From Chrysomallon squamiferum (lineage: Eukaryota > Animalia > Mollusca): DNA of 64,000 nucleotides. Shown one piece after another: positions 29,833 to 40,922 of this stretch; within the stretch, counting starts at the first letter, position 1, and the number at the start of each line of letters is the position of its first letter. The notes beneath the pieces were generated by a model, which saw nothing but the letters and a program-made list of their open reading frames with translations, was not told the DNA's origin and ran no database searches. A program made the position numbers and the translations under genes. The stretch is taken from the NCBI GenBank assembly GCA_012295275.1, contig CM022672.1, positions 9,858,001 to 9,922,000 of the forward strand. The letters are read 5' to 3'.

Positions 29833-30729
29833 TCTGCCCAAGAATATATCAATGAACTAATATTTCTTTAATTATTTCTTTTTTCTTCTGTCCATGAATT
29901 ATACATCTATAACTTCTTTATGATTCCCAAATTGACAGCATACATAAAAACATCTAATATGTATTAGACTGGCTCCTGTTTCATTATTATAGCTAAATTA
30001 AACTGCAGTTCTGTACACAATGGGGAATTAATTTGCTTGAAATTTAATTAAGTGAAAGATGGAATAAACAAGTAAAAATAATATTAAGAAAAGGCAGGAG
30101 AAATGTTAACATATTTTTTAATAATAAGAGAGGTCTTTGTAAGCATTTAATAAACATATAAAAAAAAAACATACAAATTATTAGCATCTAACCATTACTA
30201 TATCCACTTCTACATTTACTATTACTACAACTACTACAGCAAAAACAGCAGCTTCTATGACTAGTATGTAAGAAAGAATAGATTAAAAATATGTTGTAGA
30301 CACTATTAAATAAAAAAAATGATTCTTTCTTCAATAAATTGGTAAATCAATGTTTATAATTATCATTACCTAATAAGTTGTTATTTTGCAATTTTACAAA
30401 CAAAAATAATCTGTTTCACTGAACCATCAAACATATGACAGTTTAAATCAAACAAAAACCATGATAGTTTAAATAAACCTAAAACCATAAAGGTTTAAGA
30501 TAATCCAGTAACCAGATATAGTTTAAGTTAACGAAATAAGGAATAGTTTAATTTAACCCAATAACCAGTTAAAATTAACCAAATAACCAGTGATAATGGG
30601 GTTTTTTTCTTCTGTTTTTGTTACTGTAGTAAGATTCAAATTTAATTTCATATGAGTTGATGTTTTAAAGTCCTTGCTTGAATTATTATATTTAAAAACT
30701 TGAATACATATTCATCTATGTGGATCAAA

Positions 30730-31110
30730 GAAAGTGTAGTATATCAGTGTAGTATTAAAGTGTACTGTCAAGTAGCTGAGTACAGCATGTAAGTGTAGTA
30801 TCAAAGTATACTATCAAAGTGAAGTAGCTAAGTGCACTATATAAGTATAGTATCAAAGTGAAGTAGCTAAGTGCAGTATATAAGTATAGTATCAAAGTGG
30901 GGTAGCTAAGTGCACTATATAAGTATAGTATCAAAGTGGGGTAGCTAAGTGCAGTATATAAGTATAGTATCAAAGTGAAGTAGCTAAGTGCACTATATAA
31001 GTATAGTATCAAAGTGAAGTAGCTAAGTGCACTATATAAGTATAGTATCAAAGTGAAGTAGCTAAGTGCAGTACATAAGTGTAGTATCAAAGTATACCAT
31101 CAAAGTGTAT
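30730..31110. repeat. 39-bp minisatellite, ~7 near-identical copies plus degenerate flanks
   Basis: AAGTATAGTATCA-AAGTGAAGTAGCT-AAGTGCACTATAT repeated. Confidence 0.92.
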
Positions 31111-31299
31111 GATCCTTCTGTAACAATTGTACCAGTTAAACATATCAGTTTTAGTCACTGACTCTTTGACTCTGAAATCACTTTCTGATTTGTTTTCTCA
31201 AGCAGAAAATGAAAGATACCAGTTAATATTAAAACTTTAACCACAAACTCACAAATCAAAATAAAGAAGACATAAATCTTTTGTATCACAGTAATAACA

Positions 31300-31579
31300 G
31301 TCAGAATTCTTTCTGGAAAACTGGTAAAAAACGGTTTTAGATGTGTACTAATTTGTGTATGTTAAATACAGTTTTGTTCTTTACTTACAACTGTTTATAT
31401 TTTTTAAATATTTTGCCATGGGCCAGGAAACTAGAAAATCTAGAATTCTGATCACCTGCAGTACCAGTCTTTTCTCAGAAAACTGGTCTGGAATCTGTGA
31501 GACATCGGTCTATTGAAATCATTCAGTTCTGGGGGAATTCCAGTTTAGTAAGGGTCCTATTTTCAGAGGTTTTACTGTA
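31300..31579. mobile_element. Remnant of a Tc1/mariner-type MITE
   Basis: The right end reads TA-CAGTAAAACCTCTGAAAATAGGACCCTTACTAAACTGGAATTCCCCC on the minus strand (TA + CAGT terminus), with internal AAACTGG repeats. The left end is not clearly recoverable. Confidence 0.4.
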
Positions 31580-31847
31580 TTACAGGCTTTTGATAAACCA
31601 ATCACAGACCGTGGATGAAAAGAAAAATGGCCAGAGTTATGAAAATGTCTATGATATTTCTTGAATAACAATAACATTTACATGACAATTCACTGACTAA
31701 ATAAACCGCAAACATGACATCACAGGCAGCAGACTATTTCAAATAAACCAATAATGTAATAAAAGAAGTTTATAAAAGATGCTGCAGTGTCCAAACAAAT
31801 CTCTGATAGAAATAGTTTAAAAAAGAACATCAAGGCTATGAATAAAA

Positions 31848-31985
31848 ATTGTGAACTGTAACCTTTATGTAGACCAGAATAAAGCAGTAGACAGTCACTG
31901 TGAACTGTAACCTGTATGGACCGGAATAAAGTAGACAACCGTTATGAATTGTAATCTTTATGTAGACCAGAGTAAAGGAGTGGAC
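31848..31985. repeat. ~48-bp tandem repeat, 3 diverged copies
   Basis: TGTGAACTGTAACCT.TATG..GACC.GAATAAAG repeated. Confidence 0.7.
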
Positions 31986-33304
31986 TGAATGCGTGTATCA
32001 GATTGCCACTAATTGCCACATTCAGTGTACAGCTGGACATAATTGGATTCATTCACTGATCAGGAGATCAAACAGATTTCGATTGTGACAAACCAGTCAC
32101 TGGTACAGACAACTGGACATAATAGACAATGCCTGCTGCAGAAATAACACTTTATTAGTCATTTCACTGTCTATCTTTGCTCAAGTAAATCAACACTGTC
32201 TTTTATTTAATATTTGTAAAGTTAGAAACTGGCTGTAAATTTTGTATTATCAAAAAAATATATATAGATAACTTTGAGTTATGGTAAAATAGAGTAAACT
32301 CCCAAAACAAGCAAGCAGGGAAGGGAAAAAGAAAAAAAAAGAAGAATTTTTGCTTTTATGATTATGGTTATGTGGCAGTGTACATGCCATGGACAATTCA
32401 GACAATGACAGAGAAAACCTGCTGATGTCACACAATAATCAATCTTTTGTTTTTTAATTAGCAGCAAAGAGATTTTGATATATTAAAAAATGGGTAATGC
32501 AGTACAAATGTTAACGATTCCATTCTTCCTTTGAAACTCCTATTTACAGATATAAAAAATCAGAATAATAATTTCACTCTTTGGTTGAAAAGATTGGAGT
32601 GTCTGTCTGTCTGTGTGTGTGCTACAATGGAATAGAAATTTTAATTAAATTAATAACTTGAAATGTAAAAAAATTTCAAATGATAATACAAAAAGGTAAT
32701 TTGTGAAAGAAAGTGGGTTTTTTATTATTATTTATTTGTTTATTTTATTTTATTTTATTTTCATTTATTTTATTTTATTGTATATTATTTTATTTTATTT
32801 GTTTGTTTTACTTTATTTCATTTCATTTCATTTCATTTTATCTAAAACACAGCAGATCATTATAAGCTGAAAATATTTTGTATTGATCACTGACAACACA
32901 AATACTTTAACAACCGGCCAAGAATAGCCACATACTTGAGAACTGACGCACATCACACACCATTATCTAATAAACCATATAGAACATTAAAGACATCTCT
33001 TAAAAACAGTTTGCCAGAAACATATCACCACTGATACTGATAGTTAAAACTAATTTAAACAATCATTCTGTATATAGAACTGACCAACATGTTCTTCTAG
33101 TGTCAGTAAAAAATAAAAATGATCTCACAAATACAGTTTTGAAAAGGTAAAATGATGTCATTCAGATGTTGTGTGTTAGTATTACTTTATTGTCATAACC
33201 AATAAGTTTCCCAAAACAGTAAAATATCTTTTCATAGGTATATTTTTAAGGTCCTAGATTTAAACTCTAACCTGTTTGGACACTCATTTTTATTCTTATT
33301 ATTA

Positions 33305-33698
33305 TTACCTGTACCAGTTATTACTCTGATGTACCTGTAATTATTGTGATGTTCCTGTAATTATTGTCAAGTATCTGTAATTATTGTGCAGTCTCTGTAA
33401 TTATTGTGATGTACCTGTTATTACTGTGATGTAATTATTATGATTATACCTATAATTACTATGGTTTACATATAATTTCTGAGATGTACCTGTAATTATT
33501 AAGATGTGCCTATAATTACTGTAATGTACCTGTTATTATTGTGATGTACCTGTAATTACTGATAAGTATCTGCAATTATTGTTATGTACCTGTAATCATT
33601 GTGAAACACCTGTACCTGTTGTGAAATATCTGTAATTATTGTGAAATATCTGTAACTGTTGTGAAATATCTGTAATTATTGTGAAATATCTGTAATTA
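33305..33698. repeat. 20-bp minisatellite, ~19 copies
   Basis: TGTACCTGTAATTATTGTGA and variants; the right end has the AATATCTGTAATTATTGTGA variant. Confidence 0.9.
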
Positions 33699-34050
33699 AG
33701 GTGTTGGAAACAAAAGCTGGCAGGATTCTGAGTTTTCTGTGGTAAACAGTGTAATTAAGATAAACATGTTTATAGCACAGACTGTACAAACTGCATTTCC
33801 TGCACATTTAACAGTTGCACACAGTAGATATACCTCTAAATACATCCATACCAGCTGTTCTAAACATATGTGTGAGAAGTTTTCTCTCCCTCTGTCTTCC
33901 CCTCTTCTGTCTCTTTCTTTTTCTGTATATCTTCTCTCTTTTCTCTTTTTCTGTCTGTTTATGCCTCTTTCTTTCTTTCTTTCTTTTTTTTCTTACTTTA
34001 TCAATTGTTGCTTTTCTGTCATTTTTTTTCTCTATGTCTGTTTCTCTGAT

Positions 34051-34101
<51 letters not shown>

Positions 34102-35729
34102 ACTGAATGCACTCACTCACACAAACTGACACTCATTCACTCAAATTGTTCCACAACTTCAAACAGTATAAATAACGCACCATTCTTTTAACTGTACATG
34201 TTACTGTTTAACAGGAATTTGTATTTCAGAAACAATCTGACATTCTTCCTTCAAAAACAAACAAACACAGAAGAAACATTTGAAAAGCATGAGATAAGAA
34301 GATTGATAATATGTTATTTACTTAAGATAATTTTCAGCAAACACTGTGGAAACAATAACAAGAAAATGAAGTTGAATGGCCATAAATCATAGTACAGTAT
34401 GCATCAGAAATGCACTCTGTAGGTTCAAACAAATAGATACATAGTGGGGAAAAAAATAAATCAAATGTCAGTGTAGATAGATCAAAATTAAACAAGCATA
34501 AATCTGAAATAAGATTTTAAAAATAACTTATTATCCATCGTCTGTATTACTTTTCTGAAAATTATTAATAAAAATAATACAAAAACAACAACAAGAACAA
34601 TAATATTTTTCATTTAGCTATGTTTCAATGTCTATCCTGTTGATTGATTGTATGGATGGATGGATAATTGGAAGGAAAGACTGTAACAAACACTAACAAG
34701 AAACAACTATTGTTATTATTATTTTTATTGATAACACTGCTTTCACCTGTCAGCAGTATCACATCATACATGATTCTAGATTTCATGTTATATACTTAAT
34801 AAAATTCACACAACATCATTAAGATACTGTTTGTCACTGGAGCTAGGTGTGACAGTCATGTCACATTCAAGTCCTTTCCTTCCAGAACTCAGTGCAGCCA
34901 TTCACAACCCAGCACTCACCACAGAACAAGTCAAACTCTCTCACAGCAAATGCACTACAGGTAAATGTTTTTTTAAATTTATATTCATTGGTAATGTTTT
35001 ATATTTATATGCATGTATTTATGTATGTATGTATATATGTAAGTATGTAAACAATGTCTGTGAGTATGTGTGTGTATTTTTAATTTTTCTTCTGAATATA
35101 TATCAACAGCATATATAGGCAAATGTGCATTATTTTATTCACTGGTAAGGATATTTCATACATGCATACATACATTAATACATACGTACATAGATAAATA
35201 GACATATATGTAGATACATATATATATATATGTATGACAAAGCGAGAAATATTTAAAAAACAAACACCATATAAATAAAATAAATATACAAATATCTCAC
35301 TCACAGATACAGACAGAAAACCAATTAAGAAACATTTAACCCAAATAGTTAGAAAACTTAAAATAAAAAAATAAGAATATAAAATTAAAAATGAAACAAC
35401 AAAAGAAAAGATTTTAAATGTGTTAATAATAAATGTACAGTCAGCCTTGAACACAAACAATTTATCTTTCGTTAAAAAGTGACTATTACATACTCTTATA
35501 AAAAAAAAATGATAATAATAACTGACAATTGTTAATTTTTTAATGACTTTATTGTAAATCTATATAGAACTTCTTTAACACAAGCAACTTATCTTTCCTT
35601 ATAAACTGATTGTTAGAAATTCTTATGAAAAAAAAAGAAAAAAAAAAAAAAGTAATAATAATAATTAATTAAAAAGGATGTAAAACTACATTCAGCTTTG
35701 ATTTGATGATATTCTTCTACATTTTCCAG

Positions 35730-36442
35730 TTGAAAGGCTGTGAAGAAATTCAACAAAGCAAATGGTTGACAGTGTAATAATCAAAGAGGTGCTGAAAATT
35801 TTCTTTAACCGTAAGTGCAAACCGATAAAACAAATTGCTCTTGTGTTTAACACCAATAACAGCAGCTGGACCCTGCAGTGGAACCTTCAGTTAGTCTAGT
35901 AATAGTTTTTTTTCTTCACTGATTTCATGGATATTGTATTTTCAAGGAAAGCATGATGATCTTGAGGGCTCTGAATGTGAAAACCTCAAAATCAATGAAA
36001 GGTTTTTCAAGAGAAAGAAATCAATCTATTCCCGACTGATGGGTCATCTGTTTTGTTGAAGCCAGTTGAGATGATCTTCATCTCAATGAACTTGAGAGAT
36101 TTTCAAAAACTCACAAGCCTGCCAGTCTAATTATGACTGATGTTTGTGAATGTGTGTACTCTGTGTTTCTTTGTCATCAATCACTCTTATTTCTCAAGAT
36201 GTTCAGGAACTAAACAATGAAGAAAAAACAAATGATTCAAAGGCCAAAAACCTCTTTGAGCATTCTGTGACACGACCAAACTGTTAGCATTTCACAGTAA
36301 AAATATTATTCTTTCCTCTCGCACAAACTGGTTCTACTGAGTTCTGGTATCAGAAACATGTTTGTGAGATGAAGAGTTTCAAAGAGATCATCGTTTATGT
36401 TAGGCGGTTTTACTTTGTTGAGATAAAATCTATATCAGCTTG
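35730..36442 (+). other. Candidate 5'UTR exon of the divergent GPCR
   Basis: Complex sequence between acceptor ttttccag (ends 35729) and TTG|GTAAAT (36443). A further upstream donor CAG|GTAAAT at 34961 suggests another non-coding exon. Confidence 0.35.
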
Positions 36443-37142
36443 GTAAATCAATTAAATCCTGTAGTAACATGCAGATGCAAAAATTATTTAAGTGCTTAGT
36501 TGGTGTTTATGTGGTATTTAATTATATATATATACATATAATTTGTTTTTCCTTTTAAAAACAAAATGTAAAAAAGTATAAAATATTTAAAATGTGATAT
36601 GTGAAAGCCATAGCACTTCACAACTGTTACTAATATTTAATTTAATGGAATAAATAAAAAAAATAATAATAAAATGAGATTAAAAAAAAACCAAAAAAAA
36701 ACCAGGTAATAATTATTAATATATTAAAGTAGAATATATCTGTACACATATCATTATTATTCTTAAAGAAATTATAAAATGTTTATATTTACTCTTACTT
36801 GCTTGCACTTATAACAACAATATAAAATTATTTTTTTTATCTGTTTAGTGAAATTTAATATTTATTCTTAATTTTGTTTATTCATTGTTATGGTACACAA
36901 ACATAAATATTTTGCATATGTGCATGTGTGTGTATGTGTATGTGTGTGTATGTGTGTGTGTGTGTGTGTGTGCAAATATATGTGTATGTGTATGTATAAA
37001 TACATATAGACACAGAGATACATATAGACTACATACACATACATACATACTGAATTAGCAAAATCTGTTAACGACAAATTATAAATGCTGTTATTTCAAT
37101 ATTCTCCACAGATTGTCCAGTATGAGGATTTCGCTGTGAAGA

Positions 37143-39140
37143 ATGGACAACTCTGACACTCTGCTTTCAACTCGGGTGCTGCTTACTCTGACACTTGTCT
37201 TACTGATTCTGCTTGTTACAGCTGTTAACCTCATTGTATGGATGGTCACACGTCTCAGCTCTGTCAGCAATGACATGTTCAAACACTGCCTGGCCACCAT
37301 CGTGTTTGCCAATTTGATAGCAGTGACATTTTGTCTTCCTGCCCAACTGCTGTACATCTCGTTGGGGAAATGGACATTTGGTACGGCTGTGTGTGTTTTT
37401 ACAATTACTCTCGACTCAGTAACGTTTGTGACAGTCACGTGGTTTCTTGTTGTGCTTGTGATGGACAGGATCTTCACCTCAAGCCTGCCTCAGATTTATT
37501 TGACTTTCAGAAAAAAGCACACGAGAGCTGTTCATGTTTTAATCTGGGCAATTTTGATGCTGTTGACGCTGCCATTTTTTCTTGTCGAGTTCCTGAAATT
37601 AGATAACGATGTGTCGAGACTTCGCTGCCACGTGCCCTTTCATTCAACTGCTACTCTTTTTCTCATTATGTTTGGTTTTGTGATTCCTCTCTCAATTATA
37701 GGCTTCTTTCTGACGTACTTGTGGCTCAGAATAATAAAGAGCAAACTGGCAGGAAGAAAGAAGGTTTCAGCAATGGACAGAAGCAAATATGTTTTAAAAA
37801 GTGAAACACGGACAGTTACCCCTTGGGGGAAAAACTGGTTACTCAGTATTGATGAGAGAGTTAGCAAAGGTCCAAACAATGTTCTCCCACCTCTGAGAAG
37901 ACACAGCGTTGCAGAATGTGACCAAGAGATGAATGAAGACTTGCCAGAAGCAGGCAGCAGAGAAAGGAGAATCAGCCTGCCTGAAGGAACAGTTTCTCAA
38001 GAAATGTGTCAAAAAGAAAGTCTACATTATTCAGTATCATTTGATAAAAAACAGAATAAAGAAATACTATCAAAGGGTCATACAAACTCTATGTCTTGGG
38101 TAAAAATGGGAAATATTTTGACTAGAAAACTCCCTGATGGAAAAGAAACAAATCTGCAGAATAAAGAAGCATGTGAGAGAAAAGTAATGACCCCTGCAGA
38201 TAAAAGAAATCTATATCAAAAAAATGTCCTCTATCTTCCCGGAGCCATTCTAGATCAACCAGACTTACAAGAATGTCAAATTTGTGATCAACTAGGTCAA
38301 CCAGCTAATGAACCAAGCCTACAAGTTGGTGAAACAGGCCAACAAGCTGATCTACCTGGCCAACAAAATAACCCACAAACTTATCAACTAAGCCAACTAA
38401 ATTATCAACCAGGATTCAAATATTATCAACAAGATAATCAATCCAGCCTTCCAGTTAATCAGTTAGATCACACTGATATATCAGGCCAAAAAACTAATCA
38501 ATTAGGGCAAAAAACTGTTCAGTCAGTTTCAAATACAAATCAACCAGGCCAAAATATTGATCAGTCACACCAAAATAATGATCAATTAGGTCAAATTATC
38601 GATCAACCATATCAAAATGCTAATCAGTTAGGTCATCAAGATGTTGCTGAGTTAGAGATAGGTTCTAACAGAGAAGTTTTTTCTCATGAAATAAACGAAC
38701 AATTGAGACATCCTCCAAATCCGACTTTCTTTGGTGACTTAGTGTGTGTGCCACTTGAAAAACACTTGAAAGACAACATGTGGGTTAAGGGCAGCAGATC
38801 AAAACTTGATTCTGACTTTGATAACAATGTCTGTGATGATTCCAATGATGATGATGATGATGGTGATTATGAAGTACAGGTAACTGTGGCTTTATCTGTC
38901 ATGTTTGGTTTTAATATAATTCTATGGCTGCCACACCTGTGTATGTTTTACCTACAGGTATATTGTGACACCTGTCAGGTACGTCTAGATGTCTGGATAT
39001 TGTTGAAGGTTATAGGACAGATCAGTCTGATTACAAACCCTGTGTGTCTGCTGTTTGCTGTTAAAGACTGGAAGCCTCTTCTCAAGTATGTCCTGTCAGG
39101 CTTTGGCACATTTTCTTACCAGTGTTTCCAGAGATGGTGA
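37143..39140 (+). CDS. Divergent class A GPCR (aminergic-like/orphan), single coding exon, 665 aa, very long low-complexity ICL3
   Basis: Uninterrupted 2-kb ORF in AT-rich DNA. Five N-terminal TM segments (WTFGTAVC in ECL1, TM3 LDS, MDRI, ECL2 Cys, TM5 FGFVIP) and two C-terminal TM segments (WLP, CDTC in ECL3, TNPVCL). A good splice acceptor (ttctccacag) ends at 37111. Confidence 0.88.
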   Translation: MDNSDTLLSTRVLLTLTLVLLILLVTAVNLIVWMVTRLSSVSNDMFKHCLATIVFANLIAVTFCLPAQLLYISLGKWTFGTAVCVFTITLDSVTFVTVTWFLVVLVMDRIFTSSLPQIYLTFRKKHTRAVHVLIWAILMLLTLPFFLVEFLKLDNDVSRLRCHVPFHSTATLFLIMFGFVIPLSIIGFFLTYLWLRIIKSKLAGRKKVSAMDRSKYVLKSETRTVTPWGKNWLLSIDERVSKGPNNVLPPLRRHSVAECDQEMNEDLPEAGSRERRISLPEGTVSQEMCQKESLHYSVSFDKKQNKEILSKGHTNSMSWVKMGNILTRKLPDGKETNLQNKEACERKVMTPADKRNLYQKNVLYLPGAILDQPDLQECQICDQLGQPANEPSLQVGETGQQADLPGQQNNPQTYQLSQLNYQPGFKYYQQDNQSSLPVNQLDHTDISGQKTNQLGQKTVQSVSNTNQPGQNIDQSHQNNDQLGQIIDQPYQNANQLGHQDVAELEIGSNREVFSHEINEQLRHPPNPTFFGDLVCVPLEKHLKDNMWVKGSRSKLDSDFDNNVCDDSNDDDDDGDYEVQVTVALSVMFGFNIILWLPHLCMFYLQVYCDTCQVRLDVWILLKVIGQISLITNPVCLLFAVKDWKPLLKYVLSGFGTFSYQCFQRW

Positions 39141-39686
39141 TTTTTCTTGTGAAGATACAAGCGTCTGTCAAAAATGTTGTTTTATTTTTCCCTCTCAAAA
39201 ACTGGCATAGACATGTTTTCTACACTGACCAAGTTATCAAAACTATGTTACTGTAATTAGTGGTGATAATTAAGAAATACAGTCTTAACTTGTAATTTAG
39301 AATCAGTACTGAAATGACCATCTTTTAAATAAAAAAGTTTTCTATATTCCTATTTCAATATCTCTCTGTATCAACATCTTTCTCTGTCAGTAATTTTTTT
39401 TTACCTTTTTTTGTCTCTTTCTCTTCAATTTTTATTCTCTAAGTCATTCTTTATCTCTGACTTCTACATACTAGATATACATTCATACACACACTCAAAG
39501 TGCATTAATCTAATTATAAATACATAAATGCAAAAAACTACAAGAGTGGCACTAATTTTGTCACTTTTTATACACATAAAGAAACTATGGACACTACACA
39601 GCAGTTAAACATTCAGAACTATCCATTAAGCTGACAAACAGCTTTTAGAATAATTATTGTCCAGGGTGCCATTTCGAAATCCACAT

Positions 39687-39731
<45 letters not shown>

Positions 39732-40882
39732 ACCACTGAAAATTAAATGCACTATATCCTAGAAAAAACTTAACACACATTGATCATTTCTGAAATATTT
39801 CCAAAAATAACATATTAGGTCATCTTAGACCCCTGAACATTTCTACTACTGTGAATGTTTTATACAAAGTCAATAGACTTAAGGTGTAATATTAATGCTA
39901 GAAAATGATAATACAAAGTCATATAACCAGAAATATCATGACTTAGTTTACATAATGTGAAACTGTGTCACTATCATTTTTAATTTAATTTGTGATTTTA
40001 CTGAATTATTGCTCATTCCAAGCTCAATTAATTATATAACAAAGGCTGAGTTACATGTTACCCAGTCTCTAGAAAAATATCTATGAAAGATCTTTTGCTG
40101 CTAACTCTAAAAAGAGTAAATACTGCATGACAGCAGTACTTTTTTTTTTCTTCATTGTTTGATCATATTTAACCACTTGTATTATACATTAGAATTCAGG
40201 ATTAATTATACATTTATAATAATTTAAAAAAAAATGATTTACTATTTTTTTTCTCTTTATTTATTTAACTTGTTTACTTTATTTATTTATTTAATTATTT
40301 ATTTTACTACTTATTTATTTATTCTTTAATTTATTCATTTATTTTACTCCATTTAATTTATTTACTTATTATTTACTTTATTTATTTAATTATTTATTTA
40401 TTTTATTCGGTTTATTTACTTTTGATTATTTATTTTACTCTGTTTAAGTAATTTATTGTATTTATTACATTTACTGTATTTATTTATTTATTTATTTCAT
40501 TCTATTTAACAAACTGACACACAAACAACTGGATTGAAAGTGCGAAACCCCAACAAAAATATTTGATCATATATGTATATGGTGTAGTTTTTCTTTTCTG
40601 GCTCTATTAACAACAAGTACTATCAATAATTACATATACTCATTGTTTCTTATACTGGTTACATATTCATGCCTAGCCACTGGGGATCTCAAGACTATAT
40701 TACCATCAAAATATCATTACAGGTTGCATGACAAACAAATGTTTGTGTATAATTACTACAGTTATTACAAAGAATGGACATGAATAATCAAATGTGTTTC
40801 TTTTATTTTAAATTATTTACCCTTGATAGTGTTTATTTTGTTTATACTGTAAAAATAAATTAACATGTAAATGTGTGTGTTT

Positions 40883-40922
<40 letters not shown>

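Noticed and set aside
30755-31090. 111-aa ORF with a 13-aa repeat (LILYLYSALSYFT), and CRISPR-like regularity of this and other arrays
   Set aside because: It is the 39-bp minisatellite read in a stop-free frame. Units are head-to-tail with no unique spacers, there are no cas genes, and the DNA is eukaryotic.
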